From the NCBI GenBank assembly GCA_045586515.1, contig JAZNAM010000087.1, positions 11,501-75,500 on the forward strand: a stretch of 64,000 nucleotides of DNA, given 5' to 3'. Source of the stretch: Eubacteriales bacterium (lineage in GTDB: Bacteria; Bacillota; Clostridia; Oscillospirales; CAG-272). The notes beneath the pieces were generated by a model. It was not told the DNA's origin, ran no database searches, and was given only the letters and a program-made list of their open reading frames with translations. A program made the position numbers and the translations under genes. Shown one piece after another: positions 8,829 through 18,214 of this stretch. The first letter of the stretch is position 1, and each line of letters begins with the position of its first letter.

Positions 8829-9710
8829 GTGAATGCGATCGAAACGGTAAAGCTTACGAAGTTTTACGGCAAGGCGCGCGGCATCGAAGAGGTCGATCTC
8901 AGCGTAGCCGAGGGAGACTTTTTTGGGTTTATAGGCCCCAACGGTGCGGGAAAATCAACCACTATTCGCACGTTATTAGGTTTGATCTCGCCTACGTCCG
9001 GCGAGGCGCGTGTGCTTGGATTCGATACGGTAAGCGCACGTTGCGAGATTCTTGCGCGCGTGGGATATCTTCCCTCCGAGGTCAATTTCTACCACGGCAT
9101 GCGCGTTGGCGATGTGCTTTCCCTCTCGGCGGGACTGCGTGGTGTAAAATGCGAGGCAGAGCAAAAACGACTTTGTGAGCGCTTGGAACTGGATGTCACA
9201 CGTCGCGTGGAGGAACTTTCGTTTGGTAATCGCAAGAAGGTGGGCATCGTTTGCGCATTGCAGCACAACCCTTCGCTTTGTATTCTTGACGAGCCCACGA
9301 GTGGACTGGACCCCTTGATGCAACGTGAGTTTTACGCGATTTTGCAGGAGAGAAATGAGCAAGGTACCACCATCTTTTTATCCTCGCACGTGCTTTCTGA
9401 GGTGGAGAGATACTGTCGCCATGCCGCTATTATTCGAGAGGGGCGTGTACTGGTGAGCGACCGTGTCGAAAAGCTCGCATATACGGGCATCAAGCGTGTG
9501 ACGTTGCGCGGCGTAGAAGCCCTGCCAGACACACTTGCCGCGCGCGACCTGCGCGTGGAAAACGAAGCGCTTCATTTTCTTTACGACGGTGCGCCGGATG
9601 CACTTTTGACGACACTTGCGACACTCTCACCTCGCGATGTTACGATCACAGACCCCGAGTTTGACGAGGTGCTCTTGCACTACTATGAAAAGGAGGATGC
9701 GACAAAATGA
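8829..9710 (+). CDS. ABC transporter ATP-binding protein
   Basis: Walker A GPNGAGKST, signature LSFGNRKKV, Walker B LCILDEPT. GTG at 8829 after GGTGGA is preferred. An in-frame ATG at 8796 is an alternative start. Confidence 0.88.
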   Translation: MNAIETVKLTKFYGKARGIEEVDLSVAEGDFFGFIGPNGAGKSTTIRTLLGLISPTSGEARVLGFDTVSARCEILARVGYLPSEVNFYHGMRVGDVLSLSAGLRGVKCEAEQKRLCERLELDVTRRVEELSFGNRKKVGIVCALQHNPSLCILDEPTSGLDPLMQREFYAILQERNEQGTTIFLSSHVLSEVERYCRHAAIIREGRVLVSDRVEKLAYTGIKRVTLRGVEALPDTLAARDLRVENEALHFLYDGAPDALLTTLATLSPRDVTITDPEFDEVLLHYYEKEDATK

Positions 9711-10492
9711 CACTCTTTTTCCATGAGTTAAAGCGCGGACGCACGGCGTTGATCGTGTGGTCGGCGGTGGTTGCTTTTTTGCTTTGCGTTTCCATTGTGA
9801 TCTATCCCGAGATGACCTCGCAAATGGGGGATATCGGCGATATGTTTTCAAGCATGGGCGCCTTTACGGATGCGTTTGGCATGAACAATGTAAACTTTGG
9901 CGAGTTTAGCGGCTATTTTGCCATTGAATTCGGCAATACGATGGGGCTTGCAGGCGGTATGTTCGCGGCACTCCTCGGCATGGCGGCGCTTGCCGATGAG
10001 GAGAGAAATCGCACGGCGGAGTTTCTGCTCACGCACCCTGTTTCTCGCGTGCAGATCGTTTTGCAAAAGTTGCTCTCCATCGTTGCGCGGTTGCTTGCGT
10101 TCAATGTAGCGGTGTTTTTGTTGGCGCTTCTTGCAACGCTGGCAATCGGCGAGCGCGCCAAGCTCGGTGACATTGCGCTGATCTTCCTTGCGTATTTTAT
10201 CTTGCAGATTGAGATCGCCGCGATCTCGTTTGGCGTTTCCGCTTTTCTTCGACGCGGTAGCGTGGCGATCGCCATCGGTGCGTCGCTTGCGCTGTATTTT
10301 TGCAACATTCTTGCGAATCTCACGGAGGATTTGAAAGTGCTCAAATACCTCACGCCCTATGGTTATGCAGATGCGACGGTGATCGTGTCGGAGAGCGCAA
10401 TCACTATGAAATATTTGATTCCCGGACTATTGCTCACGGCGCTTGGTATTGCGGCGGCGTTTTGGCAGTATAGCAGGAAAGATGTTGCGTAA
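9707..10492 (+). CDS. ABC-2 type transporter permease
   Basis: ATGA overlap with the ATPase gene. 261-aa polytopic membrane protein with six hydrophobic segments. Confidence 0.75.
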   Translation: MTLFFHELKRGRTALIVWSAVVAFLLCVSIVIYPEMTSQMGDIGDMFSSMGAFTDAFGMNNVNFGEFSGYFAIEFGNTMGLAGGMFAALLGMAALADEERNRTAEFLLTHPVSRVQIVLQKLLSIVARLLAFNVAVFLLALLATLAIGERAKLGDIALIFLAYFILQIEIAAISFGVSAFLRRGSVAIAIGASLALYFCNILANLTEDLKVLKYLTPYGYADATVIVSESAITMKYLIPGLLLTALGIAAAFWQYSRKDVA

Positions 10493-10570
10493 CGTATTTT
10501 CGGTCATATTCATGGCGTGACGATCAACGTTGCGGGCGGTAAAACGCGCGATTGATTCGTGCGATATATC

Positions 10571-10604
10571 AAAAGCCGTTGAGCATTTTGCTCAACGGCT
10601 TTTT
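10571..10604 (+). terminator. Intrinsic terminator after the ABC permease gene
   Basis: 10-bp stem GCCGTTGAGC/GCTCAACGGC (10575-10584/10590-10599) flanked by AAAA and TTTTT. Confidence 0.85.
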
Positions 10605-10610
10605 GAACAC

Positions 10611-10639
10611 TTGACATGCCTTTTTGAATATGCTATGAT
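10611..10639 (+). promoter_or_regulatory. Sigma-A type promoter
   Basis: TTGACA 10611-10616, 17-nt spacer, TATGAT 10634-10639, upstream of the 10669 gene. Confidence 0.65.
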
Positions 10640-10668
10640 ATGGGTGACATATAGAAAAGGAGAACACG

Positions 10669-11748
10669 ATGGCAGACCTGTTTGATTATCTCGAGTGGCG
10701 CGGCGACCTTAAGTTCAGTGCGGCGCCCCTTAATGTTGTGGATACGCTTGCTTTTTCGGTGATCTCCTATATCCGTTTGGAGGAGTACATTCCAAGCGCT
10801 CCAGATGCTGATCCGGTTCGTCTTGTGAACGTGGCGGCACGCTATCTCAAAAGTCCTGTGCAAAAATCGCGTTATGCCAAATTTTTAAAGCGCATGGCGA
10901 CCTCACAGCGTTTTAGCGCCATTCGATTGCTTGCGGCGCAAAACGAGTTGGATAGAAAAAGCGGCATCCAGTTCGCTGCCTACACGGCATTACTTCCCGG
11001 GCAGACGATGCTTGTGGTGTTTGAGGGAACGGATGACACGCTTATCGGCTGGGAAGAGGATTTCCGTATGAGCTACGAATGTCCTGTGCCCGGTCAGTTG
11101 CGCGCAGTAAAGTATTTACGAGAGGTGGCAAACGCGCATCCACTTCATCATATTGTGGTTTGTGGTCACTCCAAGGGCGGTAATCTTGCCATGTATGCTG
11201 CGGTTAAAGTTGATGCGGCGATCCGTAACCGAATCAAAGAAATTCACAATTTCGACGGTCCCGGTTTTTGCGATAACACCGTATATACGCAGGAATACGC
11301 GGAAATGCGTGACCGTATCCATTCGTTTTTGCCTGAGTCCTCCATCGTGGCGGCGTTGTTAGAGCATGGCGACGACCATATGATCGTGAAAAGTTCCGCC
11401 AAAGGGCTTTTGCAACACGAGCCCATGACTTGGAATATTAAGGGCGCAGATTTTGTCTATACGGATCAGCGCACGGCGTTTGGACATGAAACCGAGGCGA
11501 TCTTAAATCATTTTAACAACAGTTTGTCGCCTGAGCGCAAAAAGCTGTTTGGAAAGGCGCTGTTTAGTGTGCTTGCCTCGACCGAACAAAACACTTTTTC
11601 GGGCATTGCTACCAATAAGGTGCAAAGTGCACGCAATGCGTTGCGAGGCTTTACCTCAATGGATCCCGAGGTGCGAGAGTTGCTTATTACCACGCTGCTT
11701 GGTATGGCGGAAAGCAGGCGCGCCGTGAAAAAAACAGGCAAAAAATAG
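10669..11748 (+). CDS. DUF2974 (Mbeg1-like) alpha/beta-hydrolase, lipase-like
   Basis: RBS AAAGGAGAA. N-terminal LFDYLEWRGDL is typical of the family. Nucleophile-elbow motif VCGHSKGGNLA. Confidence 0.7.
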   Translation: MADLFDYLEWRGDLKFSAAPLNVVDTLAFSVISYIRLEEYIPSAPDADPVRLVNVAARYLKSPVQKSRYAKFLKRMATSQRFSAIRLLAAQNELDRKSGIQFAAYTALLPGQTMLVVFEGTDDTLIGWEEDFRMSYECPVPGQLRAVKYLREVANAHPLHHIVVCGHSKGGNLAMYAAVKVDAAIRNRIKEIHNFDGPGFCDNTVYTQEYAEMRDRIHSFLPESSIVAALLEHGDDHMIVKSSAKGLLQHEPMTWNIKGADFVYTDQRTAFGHETEAILNHFNNSLSPERKKLFGKALFSVLASTEQNTFSGIATNKVQSARNALRGFTSMDPEVRELLITTLLGMAESRRAVKKTGKK

Positions 11749-11775
11749 GGAAAGCCCCATATGGGGCTTTCCCTA
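11746..11775. terminator. Bidirectional terminator shared by convergent genes
   Basis: 14-bp palindrome TAGGGAAAGCCCCA/TGGGGCTTTCCCTA that overlaps both stop codons. Confidence 0.8.
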
Positions 11776-13174
11776 TTTCCAGTAATCGAGTTCCTCGGTG
11801 ATGCCGATATCCGTGGCGTGGAAGGTGGGTTGTTTTCCTGCCTTTCTTTGTTTTTTATAATCTTGAAGGGCGCGGAAGGCGTAGCGCGCGAGATATAGGA
11901 TCACGGGCATATTGATAAGTGCCATTAATCCCATCATCAGGTCAGCTATATCCCACAAGAGACCGGCGGAAAGTCCTGCACCAAGGAAAATGACTCCCGA
12001 TGCAATCACGTAATAGATGTAATTGAAACGCTTACCGGGCGTATGACCGAGAATGTGGCTAAATGCCTGATTGACATAATAAAGATTGCCAAGTAGCGTT
12101 GTGAAGGCAAACAGGATCATTGCGATAGTGATAAAAACAGGGCCAAAGCCACCAAGTGTGGCGGAAAGCGATGTTTGCACGTAGGCTGCGCCTGAAAGTG
12201 TCGCAGAGGGCTCTATGCCCGAACACATACACATGAACGCGGTGGCGGAACAGATAAGCACGGTGTCAATGAGCACCGAGAGCATTTGTACAAGCCCTTG
12301 CTTTGCAGGGTGGCTGATCTCTGCGCTTGCCGACGCGTTGGGCGCAGAACCGACGCCTGCTTCGTTTGAAAACAGGCCACGCTTGATGCCGTACATAAGA
12401 CAAGAACCGCTAAAACCGCCGAGGATCGCACGAAAATCAAAGGCCTCGGTAAAAATACGGATAAAAACGGCGGGGAGCGTTTTGATATTGAGGAGCATGA
12501 TAAGTAGAGAAATCAAAATGTAGGCAATGCCCATTATGGGGACGGTTACGCCCGTGATAGAGAGGAGTCGTTTACCACCACCAAACAGGCAGTATGCGAT
12601 TAAGATTGCAAGGATGCCACCGATGATCCAGAGTGTGATTTGAGCATTGTAGAAACTATATGTCGAAAAGGTGGATTGCAGATTGTAGGAGCAAGCATAT
12701 TGAAGCCAATGCCATAAGTAAGGATGAGTAAAACGGAGAAGACAATAGCAAGCGGACGACATTTGAGGGCGGTTTCAATGTAGTAAGCGGGCCCACCGTA
12801 GCAGCCGTCTTTCCCCCCCGCTTTTTATAGATTTGTGCAAGCGTACTTTCTACAAAGGCGCTGGCGCAGCCAATCAGCGCGATGACCCACATCCAAAAAA
12901 CAGAGCCGAAACCGCCAAGGCAAAGCGCCGTGGATACCCCGATAATATTGCCCGTTCCTACACGTGATGCGGTAGAAACCATAAGTGCATGAAAGGGAGA
13001 AACGCCCTTGCCGTCAACCGGCTTTTCTGTCACAAGACGAAGTTGCTCGCCGATTGTTGTGAACTGTGCGCCCTTGGTTCGTACGCCAAAATAAATGCCG
13101 CCTACAACGAGGAGAATGACCAAGATATAACTGTAAAGCGCATTGTTGAGAGAACCGATGAATTGTGTCAGCAT
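11773..13174 (-). pseudogene. Sodium:alanine/glycine symporter (AGCS family) disrupted by two 1-nt deletions
   Basis: The ORFs at 12656-13174 and 11773-12762 are the N- and C-terminal parts of one AGCS protein. The middle segment (DGCYGGPAYYIETALKCRPLAIVFSVLLILTYGIGFNML) reads in the third frame. The first shift is at a C7 run (12813-12819; G7 on the coding strand, G8 would restore the frame). The second is near 12700. Confidence 0.85.
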
Positions 13175-13331
13175 GTTACGCTCCTTTCATGTTGTCTTCA
13201 TCATTATACTTTGTTTTATGAAACCCGTCAAGAAAGGCGAGGCTTTTTTGACCCAAACAAGGGCGAACGGTTGACTTTTTCTTGCATATGCGGTACAATA
13301 AAACAAAATGATAAGAAAAAGGAGGGCGTGT

Positions 13332-14993
13332 ATGAAACGCTATACTATTGGCATTGATTTTGGCACGCTTTCCGCGCGTGCTTTGCTATTGGATGCAGAT
13401 ACGGGCGAAGAGATTGCCGTACAAACCATGGCGTATCCACACGGTGTGATGAGTGAAACGCTCGCTTCGACGGGGGAACCTCTTCCGCCTGATTATGCTT
13501 TGCAAGATCCTGCCGACTATATCACGGCGCTTTCGCATGTGGTGCCTGGCGTCTTGCAAGAAGGGGGCGTCGATGCCAATGACGTGGTAGGGATTGGCAT
13601 TGATTTCACCACGTGCACGCTGCTTTCCGTTGATACGGATGGCACGCCGCTTTGCCAATTGCCTGCATTTCGCGAAACGCCGCTTGCTTACGCGCTCCTT
13701 TGGAAACATCACGCGGCGCATGGATATGCCGTTCGCATGACCGAGGTTGCAAAGCAACGTGGCGAAGCATTTCTCACCCGTTGCGGTGGCAAGGTGGACG
13801 AGGAGTGGGCGTTCCCCAAGATATATCAGGTGCTCTCCGAAGCCCCTGAGGTTTACCGTGCCGCACAGTTGTTTGTGGAAGCGGGCGATTGGATCGTCTG
13901 GCAACTAACGGGTCAACTTTCGCGCGCGTATCAGTTCGCCGCCTATAAGAGTCATTATGATATCGCGACGGGGTATCCTAGCGAGGAGTACTTTGCCGCC
14001 GTGGATGAGCGTTTGGAATACGTGGTGTCCCAAAAGCTTGGTGGCGCACTGCATGCAATGGGTACACAGGCAGGCACGCTTAACGCGACGTTTGCCGCGC
14101 GACTTTCTCTGCGAGAGGGCATTGCTGTTGCCGTTGCAATGCCGGATGGGCATAGTGTTGCGGCGGGGCTTGGACTCTCAAATGCAGGGGATATGCTGGC
14201 AGTGCTTGGCACTTCGGGATGTTTTATGGCGCTTGGCGCGTGTGACAAGGATGTGCCCGGCATTTGCGGTAGCGTAAAGGACGGCATTTTGCCCGGTTTC
14301 CATGGATTTGAGGCAGGGCTTTGCTGCCTTGGCGAGCATTTTTCCTATGCTGCTGAGCATCTCGTGTCTCCCGCATACGTGGAGGAGGCGAGTGCGCGCG
14401 GCATCAGTGTGCTCGCGTTGTTGATGGAAAAGGCGGCAGCGCGCCGTGCGGGCGAGAGCGGTGTGTTGGCACTTGGTTGGTTCAACGGTAACCGTAGTGC
14501 ACTTGTGGACGCGAAGCTATCGGGTGTGTTCGTGGGTATGACCCTACAGACCGCGCCGGAGGATTTGATGCGCGCGCTTTGCGAGGCAACTGCCTTTGGC
14601 GCGCGGAACATTGTGGAAAATTATGAAGCGCACAGTGTGCCGATTCGCCGCATTGTGGCATCGGGCGGCATTGCGCACAAAAATCCATTCCTCATGCAGT
14701 TGTATGCAGACGTATTGGGACGCGAGATTACGGTGACGGTCACCGCTGAGGCGCCTGCTCGCTCGTCTGCCATAGCCGGTGCATGTGCAGCGGGGCTATA
14801 TAAGGACATTTGTGTGGCAACCAAAGCGCTTCACGCACCTGCCTTATATATTTACCGGCCAAACGGTGCGAATACGGTGATATATGATCGGCTTTACGAA
14901 CTTTATCGCCGTCTGCATGATTATTTGGGCATGGAATCGCGCGATATCATGCACGCATTGCGCGATATTGCGTCAGAGCAAAAAGGAGTTTGA
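13332..14993 (+). CDS. araB: L-ribulokinase (FGGY family, AraB-type)
   Basis: Starts at MKRYTIGIDFGTLSARALLLD after RBS AAAAGGAGGG. Resembles AraB along its length, including the GIDFTTCT and FGARNIVE regions. No araA or araD in the window. Confidence 0.85.
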   Translation: MKRYTIGIDFGTLSARALLLDADTGEEIAVQTMAYPHGVMSETLASTGEPLPPDYALQDPADYITALSHVVPGVLQEGGVDANDVVGIGIDFTTCTLLSVDTDGTPLCQLPAFRETPLAYALLWKHHAAHGYAVRMTEVAKQRGEAFLTRCGGKVDEEWAFPKIYQVLSEAPEVYRAAQLFVEAGDWIVWQLTGQLSRAYQFAAYKSHYDIATGYPSEEYFAAVDERLEYVVSQKLGGALHAMGTQAGTLNATFAARLSLREGIAVAVAMPDGHSVAAGLGLSNAGDMLAVLGTSGCFMALGACDKDVPGICGSVKDGILPGFHGFEAGLCCLGEHFSYAAEHLVSPAYVEEASARGISVLALLMEKAAARRAGESGVLALGWFNGNRSALVDAKLSGVFVGMTLQTAPEDLMRALCEATAFGARNIVENYEAHSVPIRRIVASGGIAHKNPFLMQLYADVLGREITVTVTAEAPARSSAIAGACAAGLYKDICVATKALHAPALYIYRPNGANTVIYDRLYELYRRLHDYLGMESRDIMHALRDIASEQKGV

Positions 14994-14994
14994 A

Positions 14995-15684
14995 ATGGGA
15001 AGACCAAAGTCATATTTTTTGTGGATACTGGGGCACGTGTTGCGGGCATTATTTGTGCTGCTTATTGCCTTTATCTGCTTGTTCCTTAGCTGGCGCGTGT
15101 TCTTTTCGAAGCGTCCGCCAAGGGATATGCGAGAGATTTCCGCAAACGAAATACTGTCTGCCGCTTATGCGGAGAACGGCGGTATTACCGTTATGGAGCA
15201 GAGCGATCATGTGCGCTATACCGAGGGGGAGGACAACTACGCCGATTATCACGTAGCGCGCTGTGTTTTTTTGGAGGAAGCAAACCAAGTACAGCTTTTG
15301 TTTTTCTACAACAACAGCACTTTGCGCGATGTGAGTGAAACGCTTGGAATTGATCCCGAACTGCCGCGCGGCGAAAAAGTTTTTGGCGTGGAACTTTTAC
15401 TGCTTGTTGATGTTTCACCAGAGGGACACGTGGGAGATCCTATGATTGAGGAGCGCGTTGTGCGCGCTACCAGTGCCGAGATTGGCACGAACACCCTGTA
15501 CACGTTTGTGCGTTACACCTTTGACGGGGTGGATATTAGCGGCGATGTAACGGTGGTATATTTCGACATTTATTATGAGGGTGCACAGCGTACAGAACTT
15601 GGCACGATTCGCCTCTACCATAAGGAAAGCGAGGCAGAATACCGCACGCTTACCAAAAAAGAGCAGGCAGTGATGGAGGGATAA
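14995..15684 (+). CDS. Hypothetical single-pass membrane protein
   Basis: ATG lies 1 nt after the araB stop, preceded by RBS AAAGGAG. One N-terminal TM segment (FLWILGHVLRALFVLLIAFICLFLSW) and a ~180-aa extracytoplasmic domain. No recognisable motif. Confidence 0.6.
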   Translation: MGRPKSYFLWILGHVLRALFVLLIAFICLFLSWRVFFSKRPPRDMREISANEILSAAYAENGGITVMEQSDHVRYTEGEDNYADYHVARCVFLEEANQVQLLFFYNNSTLRDVSETLGIDPELPRGEKVFGVELLLLVDVSPEGHVGDPMIEERVVRATSAEIGTNTLYTFVRYTFDGVDISGDVTVVYFDIYYEGAQRTELGTIRLYHKESEAEYRTLTKKEQAVMEG

Positions 15685-15687
15685 AGA

Positions 15688-16191
15688 ATGGATTACGAAT
15701 GCAAACCGAAGCGGCGCAATCATAAGGCGCACGGTGTGGTGCTGACGCTGATTCTTGTTGCGGTTGGATGCTTGATCGGTGCAGGATTTGTGCCTGTTTA
15801 TGCTGTGCTTGTACAAACGCTTGCCATTCTTTTGTTTGTTCCTGCAATCTATCTGGCCGGTAAATACCTGATCATGCAGTATCTTTATCGTGTACGCATG
15901 CTGGAGGATGGCAGCGTTGATCTTGATATTTATTCTTACCGTGGCGGCACGAAAATGCAACTGGTTGGGCGTATCGGACTAGTAGAGATCACGGGTGTTA
16001 CCTTGCTTGCAAAGGAGAACCGTCGTCCCGTAGGTGGACTGAAACGCTATTCCTATTGCATGGATATGGCGCCCGACAAGGCAATCATTCTTTCTGTTTC
16101 TAATGAGGATGGAGAGTGCGAGGTGCTTGTGTCCTACGATGAAACGCTTTTTTCGCTTCTTCGCTCACAAGTCGCAACGCCAAATGCTTGA
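15688..16191 (+). CDS. Hypothetical two-TM membrane protein
   Basis: Starts 3 nt after the previous stop, RBS GGAGGG. Two hydrophobic helices followed by a ~100-aa soluble domain. No recognisable motif. Confidence 0.6.
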   Translation: MDYECKPKRRNHKAHGVVLTLILVAVGCLIGAGFVPVYAVLVQTLAILLFVPAIYLAGKYLIMQYLYRVRMLEDGSVDLDIYSYRGGTKMQLVGRIGLVEITGVTLLAKENRRPVGGLKRYSYCMDMAPDKAIILSVSNEDGECEVLVSYDETLFSLLRSQVATPNA

Positions 16192-16265
16192 CAATTGCTT
16201 GGCCTCACGATATAATAAAATCACATTTAATTGTTATTACAAACAAAAAGAAAGAAGGACAAAAA

Positions 16266-16760
16266 ATGAGAACGGCTATGAAAAGAATTTTGGTGACAGT
16301 ACTTGCGATTATTTGCGTGGCAACGCTCGCATCTTGTGCAGTAAAACCTCAACTCAATCTTGAGGATGCCGAGAAGAACCTTAAGAAGGAGGGCTACACG
16401 GTATTTCTTACCGAAAGCGATATGGCGCACGTCGAGGATGTGCTCACCGCTACCGATGGCAAAGAGAATACGGTGACGATTACCGAGTTTGAAGAGGAGA
16501 CCACCGCAAAACTTTACTGTAACACGCAGGAAACCAAGCGCGACAACGAGATCGCCGAGATCAAAGCAGAGATCAAGTATTATAAGCACTTGCTCAAGGA
16601 GTACAAGGACGAACTTGGCGAAGTTACGACTAAGGCATACAAGGAAAAGGTGAAATCCTTGGAGGAAGAGATCAAGAACATTAAGGATGAGCGGGTAGTA
16701 GGCCGCAACGGTGCATACGTCTGGGTAGGCACTAAGAAAGCGATCCGCGCCACCAAATAA
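16266..16760 (+). CDS. Hypothetical lipoprotein with a Lys/Glu-rich coiled-coil half
   Basis: Signal peptide with canonical lipobox LASC (MRTAMKRILVTVLAIICVATLASCA). RBS GAAGGA. The 16188 start in the ORF track lacks an RBS. Confidence 0.65.
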   Translation: MRTAMKRILVTVLAIICVATLASCAVKPQLNLEDAEKNLKKEGYTVFLTESDMAHVEDVLTATDGKENTVTITEFEEETTAKLYCNTQETKRDNEIAEIKAEIKYYKHLLKEYKDELGEVTTKAYKEKVKSLEEEIKNIKDERVVGRNGAYVWVGTKKAIRATK

Positions 16761-16769
16761 TTGAATAAG

Positions 16770-16798
16770 AAAAGCCCGACGCCAAGCGTCGGGCTTTT
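16770..16798. terminator. Bidirectional intrinsic terminator
   Basis: Stem GCCCGACGC/GCGTCGGGC (16774-16782/16786-16794) flanked by AAAA and TTTT. Lies between convergent genes. Confidence 0.85.
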
Positions 16799-16835
16799 CT
16801 TGTCGCATTTATAAAACCACCGGCGTGGTAGGTGG

Positions 16836-18149
16836 TTACGGCTGATCCGCGCGCTCTGCGCGAATGCGTGCTCGCGCTTCCTGGCGAGCGGTTTTGATCA
16901 TTTTATAGAGCTCTTCTGTGGCAAGTCGTGCTTTTGTAACGCTGCAATTCGAGGTTTTGGGGAAGCAATAGTAGAGCATATTGTTTGTACCAAGGCCGAT
17001 CACATCGCCAATCTCGTACCAGTTGAAATCTGCGTTCAAGCTGTATGAGAAGAACGCGTCTTGCGCGTAGTCGAGTGTGCCATCGCAGCCCGTGAGGCGA
17101 AATCCTTCGCGTGAATGTTTGAGGCGTCCTTCGCCCACGTGGTAGAGGTATTTGGTGTCAGCCAATACGTAAATATCTACAGGGGCATCCATGCGGTAGA
17201 CGTTTTCCTCGATCTCGCGTCTCACATCCGCGCGTTCCCATGCGTACCAGTCCGGGATATGGGGGAATTCGGTTACGCCCGTTTTGGCGTGTAGTGTGCC
17301 GTATTCGTCCAGTTCATAACATTTGTTGCATGCATGACAGGTGATCGTCACGCCTTCGCCCACCATTTTGCCTTCCGTGTGGCAGGACGGGCATTTGTAG
17401 AGCAGGCGATCCAGATGGTCGGCGCGAAAGGGCTCGCTGATGCGCACGCGATTTTCCTGTTGCCAACGGAAGTTGTCGAAGGAGAATTGCTTGGCGATGA
17501 GTGCGTTGATCTCGTCAGCGGGCATTTCACGGATCTCCTGTGCCGAGAGTAAGTACTCGATCTGTGCGTGCACTTTAACGTGGCGAAGTTGCAAATCGTT
17601 ATAGAGCGGATCTCGTGCAAACGCGCCATAGGTACGGATCATCACAAGTGGGATGCCGAGGAGTTTGACGCATTTGCCAAGGCTATCGGGGAGCAATGTG
17701 GTCGTGCCGTCAAAGGTATAACCGGCCTCGGGAAACATCAAAACCGAGCTTTTGAGTTTGCGCGTGGCGTACACCATATCGCGCACCAGCGCGAGGTCCG
17801 AAACGAATTTGTTGGTGGGAATGCAGCCAAGATTGCGCATCAGGCCGCTTTTTCCTACGAAACCGTCTGTGGTACAAACAATATTAAACGCGCGCGGATA
17901 AAGAACATTTGAGGCAATTTTGAGATCAATAAAGCTGGAATGATTCATCAAAAAGAAGGCGGGCTCTTTCCGCGAAAGTCGCTCCATGCCGATCTTCTCG
18001 CTTGTAAAATGCGTGGCAATAAGATCGGGGGTGGATGCGGTACGCATCAACGTGCGCCAGAACAAATTTGGCTTTTTGGGCTTCAAATGGCGGCGTGGCG
18101 GCAGTGCGAGCACCTCTGTATAGCTTTTTTCTTTGATCTTAATTTTCAT
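16836..18149 (-). CDS. Lysophospholipid (PlsC-like) acyltransferase with a C-terminal zinc-ribbon-containing extension
   Basis: H(X)4D acyltransferase motif NHSSFID. CPSCHTEG...CHACNKC ribbon. RBS AAGAGGT. Confidence 0.7.
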   Translation of the reverse strand: MKIKIKEKSYTEVLALPPRRHLKPKKPNLFWRTLMRTASTPDLIATHFTSEKIGMERLSRKEPAFFLMNHSSFIDLKIASNVLYPRAFNIVCTTDGFVGKSGLMRNLGCIPTNKFVSDLALVRDMVYATRKLKSSVLMFPEAGYTFDGTTTLLPDSLGKCVKLLGIPLVMIRTYGAFARDPLYNDLQLRHVKVHAQIEYLLSAQEIREMPADEINALIAKQFSFDNFRWQQENRVRISEPFRADHLDRLLYKCPSCHTEGKMVGEGVTITCHACNKCYELDEYGTLHAKTGVTEFPHIPDWYAWERADVRREIEENVYRMDAPVDIYVLADTKYLYHVGEGRLKHSREGFRLTGCDGTLDYAQDAFFSYSLNADFNWYEIGDVIGLGTNNMLYYCFPKTSNCSVTKARLATEELYKMIKTARQEARARIRAERADQP

Positions 18150-18214
18150 GCGGCGTACCTCTTCTTAAAGAATGGGGGCGTCTTATTTTATTATAGCATA
18201 GGTTGGAGTGTATT

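Noticed and set aside
14884-14994. The ORF-track start at 14884 for the gene after araB (266 aa), overlapping araB by 110 nt.
   Set aside because: The extension lies inside araB in another frame. The ATG at 14995 has an RBS (AAAGGAG) and begins directly with the TM segment.
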